DNA from: Callorhinchus milii
Lineage: Eukaryota
NCBI RefSeq assembly: GCF_018977255.1
Contig: NW_024704742.1
Location: 131,132,001-131,196,000, forward strand
Length of the DNA stretch: 64,000 nucleotides
Direction of reading: 5' to 3'
Below, piece by piece: positions 12,270 to 24,935 of this stretch. The first letter of the stretch is position 1; each line of letters begins with the position of its first letter. Made by a program: the position numbers and the translations under genes. The notes beneath the pieces are model-generated. The model was not told the origin of the DNA and did not search any database. It saw nothing but the letters and a program-made list of their open reading frames with translations.

Positions 12270-12560
12270 GCCCTAGCTCTGGCAGCCATCCCTATCTATG
12301 AAATGGAGTGAGTGCCAATGCAGATAAACATGATCATTGCCTAGGGTGAGAAGCCACTGACAGGAGCTAAGCAGGTGAGCCCCAGTCTTGTCCACACTGT
12401 GCTGTAAAACATTAGAGCTCATCCAGTAGTCAATGTCTGATAGCCTATCAATCAGAGCAGCACTAGACCTGGAATCAAACAACAACAAATTATATTTATG
12501 TAGTGCTTTTCATGTTGGGAGGCGTGGAATCGAAAGTAGAGGCAGGAAGAAAAACAACTC
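12270..12560 (-). mobile_element. Old L2 ORF2 fragment interrupted by a short L2 tail
   Basis: Translation LSDIDYWMSSNVLQHSVDKT aligns with SWMSANFLQLNVDK of the 13491 copy. Confidence 0.75.
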
Positions 12561-13490
12561 GCAGGCGAACTTCAGTATCTCTGTGTGTCAGTGTATCTGT
12601 ATCTCAGTGTGTCAGTATCTCAGTGTCAGTGTGTCAGTATCTCAGTGTGTCTGTAGGTCAGTGTTTCAGTATCTCAGTGTGTCTGTATGTCAGTGCGTCT
12701 GTGTGTCAGTATCTGTGTGTCAGTACCTCAGTGTGTCAGTACATCACTGCGTCAGTGTATCAGTATTGCAGTGTGTCAGTATCTCAGTGTGTCTGTGTGT
12801 CAGTATCTGTGTGTCAGTATCTCAGTGTATCAGTATTGCTGTGTGTCAGTGTGTCAGGATAGCAGTGTGTCAGTATGTCAGTGTGTCAGTGTCTCAGTCT
12901 GTCAGTTGTCAGAATCGAACAACAACAAATTGTATTTATATAGCGCCTTTCAGGTTGGGAGGATGTGCAATCGAAGATAGAGGCTGGGAGAAAACCAACT
13001 CACAGGCGAACCTCAGTGTGTGTCAGTCTGTCTGTATCTCAGTGTGTCTGTAGGTCAGTGTGTCAGTATCTCAGTGTGTCAGTATCTCAGTGTGTCTGTA
13101 GATCAGTGTGTCAGTATCTCAGTGTGTCAGTATCGCAGTGTGTCAGTATCGCAGTGTGTGCGTATTTCAGTATCTTAGTGTGACTGTATGTCAGTATATC
13201 AGTGTGTCAATATCTCACTTTGTCATCATCTGTGTGTCTGTATATCAGTGTGGCAGTATCTCAGTGTGTCAGTATCTCATTGCGTATGTGTGTCAGTGCG
13301 TCAGTATCTCAGCATGTCTGTATGTCAGTGTGTCAACATTTCAGTGTGTATGTGTGTCAGTATCTCAGTGTGTCAGTATCTCAGTGTGCCTGTGTGTCAG
13401 TAGCTCAGTGTGTCAATATCTCAGTGTATCAATATCTCAGTGTGTTTGTATGTCAGTGTGTCAGTGTGTCAATATCTCAGTGTGTCTGTA

Positions 13491-14441
13491 CACGGGGTAC
13501 ATTTCCACATGTACGCAGATGACACCCAACTCTATTTTTCCACCTCTCTTTGCGACTTTCAGTCCCCTGATATTCTGTCAGCCTGCCTCAGGAGCTGGAT
13601 GAGCGCAAACTTCCTTCAGCTGAACGTTGATAAGATGGAAGCCATACTCTTTGGCTCTCGTCAACGTCTAAAATCTCACGGCTCTCACCTCCTCCACCTA
13701 CCCGACCTCCCCATAAAACTCTCCAAACCCGTACCCAACCTAGGCATCAGGTTTGACCCCCAATTATCCTTTCTCGCACATGACCGGCCCTTCACTAGCA
13801 CCGCTTTCTTCCACCTCCGACACATCGCCCGTCTCCGCCAATACCTCTCCCCAAAGACTGCTGAAACCCTGGTCCATGCCTTTGTCACCTCTCGGCTGGA
13901 TTACTCTAATGCTCTCCTCGCCGGTCTCCCATCCACTACCATCCATAAAATCCAAATCATTCAAAACTCTGCCGCCCGCATTCTCACCCGCACAAGACTC
14001 CGCTCCCCGATCACCCCAGTCCTTGCCAGACTGCAGTGGCTGCCTGTTCCAGAGAGGATCGATTTCAAGATCCTCATCCTTGTATTCAAGTCCCTACACT
14101 CCTCTGCACCCCCCTCCCCACCCCCACCTCTCTGACCCCCTCACTCTCCTCAAAACAGTACCCGTTGCCTTCGTTCCTCCAGGTCTGGCCTCCTCCACTC
14201 CATCCTCGGTGGCTGTGCCTTCAGCCACTATGCCCCGAGGCTCTGGAACTGCCTTCCTCACCACCTTCGTCTCGCTCCCTCCCTTCCTATTTTCAGGTCT
14301 CTGCTGAAGACCTTTCTTTTCGACCGCACTTTTGGTCACCTTCCTCCCCCTCCCCCGGCTCGGTCCCAGGATCCGTTACTGTAAAGCACTCTGAGACGTC
14401 ATCTGGTGTGGAGGACGTTATATAAATCCAAGTTGTTGTTG
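13491..14441 (+). mobile_element. 5'-truncated L2 LINE: RT C-terminal part, 3' UTR, (TTG)n tail
   Basis: HMYADDTQLY catalytic motif, AETLVHAFVTSRLDYSNALL, LQWLPVPERIDFKIL; tail aaatccaagttgttgttg; possible TSD tgtctgt. Confidence 0.96.
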
Positions 14442-15102
14442 TCTGTGTGTCAGTATCTCAGTGTATCGATATCTCAATGTGTCTGTGTGTCAGTGTGTCT
14501 GTGCGTCAATACCTCAGTGTGTCAGTATCCAGTGTGTCAGTACCTCAGTGTGTCAGTATCTCAGTGTATCCTTGTGTCTGTATGTGTGAATGTCAGTGTG
14601 TCAATATCCCTGTGTGTCAGTATCTCAGTGTTTCTGTATGTTAGTGTATCTGTGTGTCAGTATGTCAATATCTCAGTGTGTCTGTGTATCAGTAGTTCAG
14701 TCTGCCAGTATCTCATTGTGTCTGTATGTCAGTATCTCAGTTTGTCTGTATCTCAGTGTATCCTTGTGTCTGTATGTGTGTATGTCAGTGTGTCAATATC
14801 CCTGTGTGACAGTATCTCGGTGTTTCTGCATATCAGTGTATCTATGTGTCAGTATGTCAATATCTCAGTGCGTCTGTGTGTGTATCTGTGTGTCAGTATC
14901 TCAGTGTATCGATATCTCAGTGCGTCTGTGTATCAGTGTGTCTGTGTGTCAATACCTCAGTGTGTCTGTGTGTCAGTAGTTCAGTCTGTCAGTATCTCAG
15001 TGTGTCAATGTGACAGTATCTCAGTGAGTCAGTATCTCAGTGTGTCAATAGTTCAATGTGTCTGTGTGTCAGAGTGACAGTATCTCAGTGAGTCAGTATC
15101 TC

Positions 15103-15347
15103 CTAGGCTCTGGAACTCTATCCCCCAGTGCCTTCGCCCTTTCCTCCTTCAAGGCCGGTCTCAAGACCTTTCTCTTTGACCGTGCCTTCAGCTCCCCTCT
15201 CGACTCTCTACCTCCTCCTCGCTGCCTCCCTTCCCTCCCCTCACCCTGACCATTTCCCCCCTGCTCGGGTCCTGACCCAACTGTACAGCGCCTTGAGACG
15301 TCCTCCCGACGTGAAAGGCGCTCTATAAATAGAATCTTGTTGTTGTT
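15103..15347 (+). mobile_element. L2 3' end with TSD gtatctc
   Basis: FKAGLKTFLF translation, acgtcctcccgacgt hairpin, TTG tail; gtatctc at 15096-15102 and 15348-15354. Confidence 0.92.
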
Positions 15348-16467
15348 GTATCTCAGTGTGTTAGCAGTTCAGTATGTCAGTGTGTCAGCATCTCAGTGTG
15401 TCAATATCTCAGTGTGCCTGTATGTTAGTGTGTCAATATCTCAGTGTGCCTGTATGTTAGTGTGTCAATATCTCAGTGTGCCTGTATGTCAGTGTATCAG
15501 TATCTCAGTGTGTCAATATCTCAGTGTGTCAGTATCTCAGTGTGTCTGTATCTCAGTGTGTCTGTATCTCAGTGTGTCAGTATCTCAGTGTGTCAATATC
15601 TCAGTGTGTCAATATCTCAGTGTGTCAGTATCTCAGTGTGTCTGTATCTCAGTGTGTCAATATATCAGTGTGTCAATATCTCAGTGTGTCAGTATGTCAG
15701 TGTGTCAATATCTCAGTGTGTCAATATCTCAGTGTGTCAGTATGTCAGTGTGTCAATATCTCAGTGTGTCAGTATGTCAGTGTGTCAATATCTCAGTGTG
15801 TCAGTATGTCAGTGTGTCAATATCTCAGTGTGTCAGTATGTCAGTGTGTCAATATCTCAGTGTGTCAATATCTCAGTGTGTCAGTATATCAGTGTGTCAG
15901 TATCTCAGTGTGTCAATATCTCAGTGTGTCAGTATGTCAGTGTGTCAGTATCTCAGTGTGCCTGTATGTCAGTGTATCAGTATCTCAGTGTGTCAATATC
16001 TCAGTGTGTCAGTATGTCAGTGTGTCAGTATCTCAGTGTGCCTGTATCTCAGTGTGTCAATATCTCAGTGTGTCAGTGTGTCAATATCTCAGTGTGTCAG
16101 TATCTCAGTGTGTCTGTATCTCAGTGTGTCAGTATCTTAGTGTGTCAGTACCTCCATGTGTCAGTATTTCAGTTTGTCAGTATCACAGTATGTCAGTGTG
16201 TCAATAGCTCAGTGTGTCTGTATCTTGGTGTATCAGTATTTCATCAAATCATGTCAGAGTATCAGTGATTCAGTAAATCAACGTGTCCATATTACAATCA
16301 GTCAGCAATTCCTAAACAAACCTCATAAAGTAATGATTTCTGACAAAGGATTAGTGCATTGTTCCTCCTTTTTATATTCTCAACTGACAGAAACAATGCC
16401 GTGAGGATCAGTATTTCTATCAGGAGTTGTGCAAATGTAGCCTGACTAACCCACACGCTCTTGCCTG

Positions 16468-16545
16468 TAAGGAACAGAGGAACAGGAGAAGGCCATTCAG
16501 CCCTTCGAGCCTGTTCCGCCATTCTGTTAGATCTTACCTGATCTA
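16468..16545 (-). mobile_element. CR1 3' tail
   Basis: aggaacaggagaaggccattcagcccttcgagcctgttccgccatt; the reverse complement occurs at ~46620-46703. Confidence 0.85.
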
Positions 16546-16694
16546 ATATAATTCTTGAAAGAGTGTGGCACTTTGTACAAGCAGGTAGGTGTACGGAGCA
16601 CCTGCTGAACTGACTCACACAGAAAAACCACAACACAAAACCTCAAATAAGATGCTGAGGTAGTGAAATGCTGAACGACTGAAGTAGTGTAGTA

Positions 16695-17030
16695 ATAACA
16701 TAATAATCCTTGCATTTGATATAACTCGTTTTCATGTCTGTGAGACGTCTCAAAACGTTTCACAGAACATGCTGTAAAGTGAATTAGTAATAATAATCCT
16801 TGCATTTGATATAGCACCTTGTCATGTTTTTGAGATGTTTCAAAGCGCTTCACAGAATATACTGTACAGTGAATTGACTGTATATTTTATGTACAAAATG
16901 CAGTAGCCAATTGCATGCAGCCGTGTCCCACAAACAGTCATGGATTGAGCGACCAAACTATTATATTATTTTTAATTATTTTTTTTGAAGGGATTATCAT
17001 CCCTGGAAAGTGATCTGCCAATCAACTGTA
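16695..17030 (-). mobile_element. Two tandem SINE-B 3' portions
   Basis: Two successive taataatccttgcatttgatata tails. Confidence 0.8.
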
Positions 17031-17699
17031 TTTTGTGGGTGAAACGCAAACACTGAGACACTGAAATATGGAGATACCGAGGAACTAACTCACTGAACTA
17101 CCGAGGCAGTAAAAGACTGAGATAGTAAAACCCTGAGATATTTGGAGTTTAATTCTGAAAGACTGAGTACGCAGACAAATCAGACTAAGTAAGTGCAATA
17201 CTGGGCTCTAAAATGGAGCATTCAGAACAACTGCACACAATGCTAAACGTGACATCTGTTTTGTGACTGAAATTGCAAATACTCAGTGCTGAAGACCGTA
17301 CTAATATATGCAGGCTTTATTCAATCTGAACAGCTGAGCCCATGGATGGGCATTCTGGCCCCTTCTCCCTCAATCACCAACTTCAGTGCTTACTGGCTAA
17401 TGTCACATTTAATCTGCCTCACTCACAGAAAATAAATGAAAATTCAGTCGGTTATATTTTCTTTTTTTAAAAAAAAAAGAAAAGGCTCAAGATATGAAAA
17501 CTCAAACAGCACAGATGCCGCCACAAGTGACAGTGTAATCTTCTGTCACCCCTGTTTGTGTGTGCAACAATGATGGGGTCCGATGGAAGGATTATCTAAA
17601 GGAAAATTACTTATTTACTACCTTTTTTTTCATTAAGTAGAAAATGTCAAGCTACAACCTGCCACAAAGAGCTTTGTGGGATTCATTATATAATTTTGC

Positions 17700-18034
17700 A
17701 AGTGTATATTTGTAGGCGAACGAGGCAGCCAATTTGTGCACACCAATGTTCCACAAACCCCCATGAAGTGAATGACCAATTTTTTGTTTGGGATATTTGT
17801 TGGCCAGAACACCGAGAGAAACTGCCTTCTCTTTTCAAATACTGCCATGTGATCTTTCAAGTTTACTTGAACAGGCAGCTGGGACCTTGTTTTAACGTCT
17901 CATCTGAAGGATGGCACCACCAACAGTGTAACACTCCCCCAGCACTGTATGAATTCAAAGTACTGATGCGGTGCTTGAACCCACAACCTTCTGACTCGGA
18001 GACGAAAGTGCTACCGACTGAGCCAGGCTGGCAC
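17700..18034 (-). mobile_element. SINE-A
   Basis: Reverse Deu core and head ending ctaccgactgagccaggctggcaca. Confidence 0.88.
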
Positions 18035-18111
18035 ACGTAAGACAAGCAAGTAAGTGATGTTAATCAAGCAATTCATACCAAGTTTGCAGGTGGTTGCTCG
18101 ACCCATTCCTT

Positions 18112-18200
18112 TAGGAACATAGGAAAACAGGAACAGGAGGAGGCCATTCACTCCATTGAGCTTGTTCCACCAGTTTATTAGACCTTGGCAGATCTTTTAA
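18112..18200 (-). mobile_element. CR1 3' tail
   Basis: taggaacataggaaaacaggaacaggaggaggccattca. Confidence 0.8.
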
Positions 18201-18469
18201 TCCTAATGTCCTTTCCTTTCACCATCCCCTTTTTATCTCAATGTAAATTAACACAGGGAAAGTGTGAAGGAACACTGCAAATATTACCTCACTTTGATGG
18301 GTGTGTATTTTTTATGGTCTGGGTAAAACTCATCTTTATAATAGAAAACAAAAATAATCTTGCATTTGATAAAACGCCTTATCACATAGTTGAGATGTCT
18401 CAAAGCGCTTCACAGAATATATTGTAAAGTGGATTGACTGTGTATTTTGTAGGCCAAATCCTTGCCCCT

Positions 18470-18831
18470 TTTAGGTACGAATCCCTTCATGCCCTGGCAC
18501 TTCCCTACCTTTCCAACTAGCTTACTCCCCAACCCACCACTTGCTCCTTCCACTCGACTGGCTCCAGCCTCCTGTATGGCCCTTGTGACCTCTGTTCCAC
18601 TATCGGTAGCTGCGCTTTCAGCCATTGCACACCGAAGCTCTGGAACACTCTTCCCCTATCCCTCCGCCTTGTCCCTTCCTTCCCTACCTTGAGATCACGC
18701 CTGAAGACCTCCCTCTTCAACCGTGCCTATGGTCACCTCCCCCCACTTCAGCATTGGGCTCTGCCACTGTTAAGCGCTCTGGGACGCTACCCTGTGTGAG
18801 GGGCAAGTTGTTGTTGTTGTTGTTGTTGTTG
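18470..18831 (+). mobile_element. L2 3' end
   Basis: aagctctggaac...gaagacctccctcttcaaccgtgcctatgg; long (TTG)n tail; paralogous to 35830-36178. Confidence 0.9.
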
Positions 18832-19734
18832 GACTGGACTGGATGAGGAAAAAGCAATATTTGAGCAGCAAAAGTTGATTTTAAACAATGAGCCATGCCC
18901 TGCGGTTTAGTTATGCGAATCCTTCTCTCTTTCAGATTTTTCCGAAAGGTATTTCACTTCTACTTTGACATTTTCCGCTAATTAGTATGCCAGGAACACC
19001 GTGGTCCCCAGACAAAAAACCCGACCAGCTGTGCGCCAGACGGGGTTACTCCAGTCTGCGTGATTATTTGCTGCTAAATTTATTAGCTTTATCAAAGAAA
19101 GTGCAAAATCCCCTAAAGTCACTTCAAGTTTGTGTAAGTGTTTTTCAAAGGCAAACAATTTCCTCTCGGTAAATAGATTGTACGCTGAGCCAAGGCATTT
19201 AATTGATAGTTTTTTTAAAAAAATTAAAAACAATTGCCTTTGTTTCGCCCACAAGTTATACAGTCAATTCATTTTACAGCATATTCTGTGAAGGGCTTTG
19301 AGACACCTGAACGGTGTGATAATGCGCTTTATCAAATGCAAGGATTATTATTATTATTCTCCTCTGCTCTTCTTCTCCCCCATTTCCACAACCTTGTGTT
19401 CCGGCTTCCTACAATTTAATAGTCTGTTGTTCTCTTTCTCCACACCACCAACTAACCCAAGGACATAATCTCTTGAAGATCAATCTCCTGCAATGCTTCA
19501 CGTCGACAGCTTGCCAGCATTCCCACACTGAGAGCAGGATAACAATAATAATAATTCTCGCATTTGATATTGCACCTTATCAACTGAAAGTCAATTGCGC
19601 ATGGATGTAGATTGAGTGACAAAATTTTTTTTTTTGCATGCATGTGTGATACACCCCACATGTGCAGGGACCCCTCCTATCCACCCCCTACTCCCCGAGA
19701 GTGGCAAGGGGTTACACAGGGTTAACCCTACATC

Positions 19735-20091
19735 AGTACTTGGAACTCATATAGTTTAGGCTGATACTCCAATGCAGTGCTGCATTGTGGAAGGTGCTGA
19801 GCTTCAGATGAGACATTTAAACCAAGGTCCCATCTGCTTGTCCAGGTGGATGGTAAAGATCCCATGGCCCTGTTTCAAAATGAGAAGGGAATTTCTCCCG
19901 GGGTCCTGGTCAACAATCCCCAAATTATATTAGTCATTCAATTCATGGCTGTTTGTGGGACATTGCTGTGCATAAATTGGCTACTACATGCACCCAAAAA
20001 ATACAGTCATTTTACAGTATATCCTGTGAAGTGCTTTGAGAGTCCTCCCAATGTGAAAGGCGCTCTATCAAATGTAAAGATTATTATTATT
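19735..20091 (+). mobile_element. SINE-A, 5'-truncated
   Basis: Deu core and (TTA)n tail. Confidence 0.85.
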
Positions 20092-21726
20092 ACTGTATTC
20101 ATATCCCCAGCTCACAGTCTATTACTTGAGAACAAAACCACTCTGATATCATGTTATTGAGGCCTTGTTTAAGAGTCGCACATTAACACATGCTGAGTAC
20201 GCTAATATACGACTGTGGACTCTTCAAACTATCAATAGGTCAGGCTGAAAACTAGTCAGATTGAAGGTCATCTTTGATGAGGTTGGACTGCAATTGGCAT
20301 GTGCGTAGCTATAGAGGAACGAGAATTCAATGCCTGGAACCAGGAATACAATACAATATAATTTACTCTTACATTGAAGTGCCTTGGGATGGACACTCAA
20401 CGTGAAAGGCATCATACAAATATAAATATAGACAGTATTTGTTTATAGCGTCTTTCACATCAGGTGTACAGCACAAAGCAATTGACAATTCTTGCTGGGC
20501 GCCAAAGTTGAGGGTGAGGAAAGATGACCTAAAATGTAAGTTTTGAGGCATACCTTGAAACGCCTAACTTTAAGGTGGCCTAACTTTGAAATTATTTTTA
20601 ACCTCCAAATTCCCTATTCCTCCATCTGTTTATTTCCCCTTAGAGCAGGAAGATCTAAAATGTCTAAAGTGTCACCCACAAAATACAGTCAATCCACTTA
20701 ACAAAATATTCTGTGAAGCGCTTTGAGACATCTCAATGACGTGATAAGGCACTATATCAAATGCAAGGATTATTATTAAATCAAATGTACTCCCAGCTCT
20801 CTGCCACTTGTACTGACCAGTAGAGTAATAATAATAATCCTTACATTTGATCTAGCACTTTATGCTGTCAAGAAGTCTCACAAAGCCTCACAGGCTCACT
20901 GTAAGGTGTGTTTTGTGGGCGAATATAGGAGAGACTTTATGCACATCTGCTTGTCCAGGTAGATGTTAAAGATCCCATGTTTCTATTCGAAAAAAGACAG
21001 CGTTTATCCCGTGTGCAGCGTGCTATATAAAATTTAAGTAGTTGTGATTGTGATATAGACATGAAGAAAATACTACCTTTCTTTTTCTGTTTCATACAAG
21101 GCACAAGGCAGTGGATTTTACAAACCAAGTTGATGGGGGAGATGGGAGTCAGAAAACACCAAGATAAATAAGCTGGACCTAAAGGGTTAAAGCTTTAGGC
21201 TTTTGTGGATTTTGGGGTATTTAGCTTGGTGTCACAAAGGAGCCTTGGTTCTGGCTCAATGACTTGATACGCAAGGGCTTTGAAGTGTAATTAGCTGATA
21301 TATGCATGTCAGTCATTTCATGGGGGCTGTGAGTAAGAAGCTTGCAGCTCAGTGTAAAACATGGGGATGCAGATTAGTTCTTTTGTTAGAACCACCCCCT
21401 CCGGTAAATGAATATTAATAAACCTCTCAAGAAAAAGGACAGACAGGAGTTTTCCAATGTGCTGAGAGACATGTTGTTGTGCTGAGGAAACTGAGCTGAG
21501 ATGCCTTGAAAAGAGATGTCTTAGAAGGGACCTTACAAAACAACAACTATTTTACATTCATATAGGACCTTTCATGTCCGGAGGATGTCACAAAATGTTT
21601 CAAAGACCTTATAGAGGTTTATAACGTACTAGATGTGATCGAGAGTGTAAACTCGCGCACGGGCTCAGGATTGTGAAAGGCAATTTCAGGACGGACACCA
21701 ATAAGTATAATAATAATGTCATATTA

Positions 21727-22030
21727 ATCCTTGCATTTGATATAGTACCGTATCACGTCATTGAGGCGTGCTTCTAAAGATGTTACTGTGAAGTGGAGGG
21801 ACTGTGTAGGTGAATGCAGCAGCCAATTTGCACTCTGCAATTGCACCACAAACATACTTGAAGTGAGTGACCAATTTATTTCAGCTGGAGGATTGTTGGT
21901 CAAGATACTGCAGAGAAAGTCCCTTCACTTTTCGAGTAGTGTTGTGGGATCTTTAATGTCCAGGCAGATGGGGACTCAGTTTAGTGTCTCATCCAAAGGA
22001 CGACAGCGCTGGAACTGTCAGCATTGACTG
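21727..22030 (-). mobile_element. SINE-A
   Basis: Reverse tail and Deu core. Confidence 0.8.
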
Positions 22031-22646
22031 TCATGGTTCACTATCAAACCTACTGAGTTTAGCTGGCCATTGATTTAAAGATCGGGACAGACAATGCACT
22101 GAAAGCTGTCTCGAGAAGAAAACTTAGCGGTTCATTTGAGTTTGGGAGCACAGCCGTTTAACACAGAGGGAGCTAACATAAGGCACAACTTACTGCTATA
22201 TATAGCGCTTGCCTGAAGGGCATGAGTGCACAGAGTAGAGGTAACTAAAGGAGATGTGAATTCTGGAATTACATTTGGCACTTCTCCAACAAGAGAGACA
22301 CTTGTGCAGGATATTGCTAACTGAAGTGTATGGGATTTGATGGTTCCTGCACTCCCTGGGCTGGGTGGAGGGGAAGAAGAGTTGTCATCTGTGCACGTCA
22401 GCTGGCCAGAGTTAGGCAGAGTACACGGAGAGACGGTGAGATGTTCGGGAGTTTTGTAAACCCACCTTTGGGGAATCGGGATTATTTATACAGAATTCCT
22501 CTGAGAGATTAGATAGGAAGAGCCAAGACCATGAACAGGGTACAATTTGTAAAGTCTGTTGATAGAATAAGCCTTTCTGTGATCCAGGCTACACAATGCT
22601 CTTATTAATAATAATAATCGATTAATATGTTCCTATGTTCCTATGG

Positions 22647-22863
22647 TGAGTGACCAAATTATCATTTGTAATTTTTTTTTGAAGGGCTTATTACCCATAG
22701 AAAAGCGATTCACCAACCGACTAACAACCATGTTCCAAATTACTACTGGGTAAACAGTGGAGTAAGAAAACTTAACATTTTAACATTTCGCCCTGCCCAG
22801 GTTTCGAACTCAGGTCCTCTCGCTTGTGAGGCGAGTGCTCTAACCAAAACGCTTCAGGACTCT
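22647..22863 (-). mobile_element. SINE-B 5' half
   Basis: tttcgccctgcccaggtttcgaactcagg...gagtgctctaacc. Confidence 0.8.
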
Positions 22864-23019
22864 TAACCTGGATTATAGATTTACATTGCACTTGGGAGTG
22901 CCCCAACAAGAGTCTGGCCTGAGAAGGCAGAATAGGGGTAATTTACCCCAAACAAGCACCTAGCATTTGCTATTATTTCATCGATTTCACTATTTCATTG
23001 CATTCTCCACCCCCTATAA

Positions 23020-23330
23020 GGAGAAACTATTTCCACTGGCAGGTAACCAGAAGACACAGATTTAAAATAATTGTCTAAAGAACCAGAGGGGAGACGAGAA
23101 TTATTTTTACGTAGTGAGTTGTTACGATCTGGAATGCACTGCCTGAAAGGGTGGTGGAAGCCGATTCAGTAACAACTTTCAAAAGGAAGTTGTATATTTA
23201 TTGGAAAATAAAAAAATTGTGGGGCTATGGGGAAAGAGCAACTATTGGATAGCTCTTTCAAAGAGTCTGGGACAGGCATGAATGGGCCAAAAGGTCTCCT
23301 TCTGTGCAATAGGATTCTATGGTTCTATGA
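23020..23330 (+). mobile_element. CR1 3' end
   Basis: atctggaatgcactgcctgaaagggtggtggaagc; tail ttctatggttctatga. Confidence 0.9.
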
Positions 23331-23740
23331 TATCTCCCGTCCACCTCAGGCTCCCACTCCATCTCCGTAAAGCACTTGGAACCATTCTTGTATGTGAAAG
23401 TTATAAGTTTGTTGCTGTAGTCATTGCCAATGAGACACCAATACACAAAGCACAAGTACATGGAGCAAAATGTGATAGCAAAGCACGTGGGTGAAAGATG
23501 CACAAAGTACAATTTGCAAGTAATGGAGCAAGTCCCGGGATCCGTTATTGTGAAGTGCTCTGAGACGCCGTCCGGCGTGGAGGGCGCTATATAAATCCAA
23601 GTTGTTGTTGTTGTTGTTGTAAGTAATTGCTTTGCTACTTATTTATTTAAAAACAAACAAATAAATAATAATAATAATAATTTGGTCCACGACTATTTGT
23701 GGGACACTGCTGTGTAGAATTGGCTGTCGTGTTTCGCCCA

Positions 23741-24356
23741 CAACAACAACAACAATAAAATTACATTTGCATAGCACCTTTCATGTCGGGAGGACATCCC
23801 AAGGCGCTGGACAGACAGAGTTAAGAACCCGAGCAGGGGGTCGGGGTGGGGGAGGGAAGAGGGCAGCGGGGGAAGCAGGGAGATCGAAAGCACAGTTGAA
23901 GAGGAGAATCTTGAGGTGGGTCTTGAAGGTGTCGAGGGAGGAGGCGAGATGGAGGGACTATGGGATGGAGTTCCAGAAGGTGGGTGCAGAGTGGCAGAAG
24001 GCCCGCCTGCCAATAGTGGGGCGAGCAAGGTGGGGCACATGAAGCAGGTCGGAGCCCGCTGAGAGCAGGGAGCGAACAGGGTGGTAGGGGGTTAGGAGGT
24101 CGGAGAGGTAGGGGGAGCAAGACCTTGGAGGGCTGTGAAGGTAAGGACCAGGATCTTGAACTGTATCCTCTGTGTGATGGGAAGCCAGAGGAGTGGGGCG
24201 AGGATGGGGGTAGTAGGGTCGTGGAGTCGAGTGCGGGAGAGGACATGGGCTGCAGATTTCTGGATGATCTGCAACCTATGGAGGGAGGAGTTGAGGAGGC
24301 CGACAAGCAGTGAGTTTGGATAATCGAGCCTCGATGTAATGAAGGCATGTATGAGG
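23741..24356 (-). mobile_element. L2 3' fragment inserted in a SINE-B 3' half
   Basis: ORF 24092-24274 QIIQKSAAHVLSRTRLHDPTTPILAPLLWLPITQRIQFKIL; (CAA)n at left; SINE sequence on both sides. Confidence 0.93.
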
Positions 24357-24756
24357 GGGGCGTCCTGGTCAACAATTATAGCCTACAGTGAATTAACTTT
24401 ACAGTATATTCTGTGAAGCGCTTTGAGTCGTTTCAAAGACATGATGAGGCGCTATATCAAATGCAAGGATTATTTTATTATTACTCATTATCTCAATCCC
24501 TACATTCTTATCCCATCTTTACCTATCTTCGGATTGCACCTGAGGCTTTCTGCTTTGACTGTACCTACGGTCACCTTCCCTTTCTCCCCAGCTCGGCATC
24601 AAAAATTGTTCAGTGCGTTACCTCCACATGGAGGGTAGATACAGTATATAAATACAAGTTGTTTTAATTTTTGTATTACAAGACAAGTAGGATGTACAAA
24701 TCGTGATGTTCAACCTCGTAAAAGCCTGTATTGGCACATGGACATCTGCATTGCTA

Positions 24757-24935
24757 TTAATAATAATCCTTGCATTTGATATAGCGCTTTTCACTTCTTC
24801 TAGACGTCTCAAAGCGCTTCACAGAATATACTGTAAAGTGAATTGACTGTATATTTGTGGGCGAAACGCGGCAGCCAATTGCGCACAGCAGTATCCCACA
24901 AATAGTCGTGGATTGAAAATGCCCAATTTTTTTTT
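24757..24935 (-). mobile_element. SINE-B 3' half, young (CpGs retained)
   Basis: Consensus-like reverse tail. Confidence 0.9.

Larger units (their letters stand above)
12571..16250. repeat. 16-bp minisatellite (TCAGTGTGTCAGTATC)n interrupted by two L2 insertions
   Basis: Many copies of the 8-mers TCAGTGTG and TCA(G/A)TATC; most homogeneous at ~15400-16130. Confidence 0.97.

Noticed and set aside
13410..14135. 241-aa ORF as a functional reverse transcriptase gene
   Set aside because: Start codon is in satellite DNA; only the C-terminal part of L2 ORF2 is present and it frameshifts near 14120
12433..16268. Long Cys/Val/Ser/Gln-rich ORFs up to 274 aa
   Set aside because: Open in several frames because the 16-bp satellite has few stop codons on this strand; no protein signature
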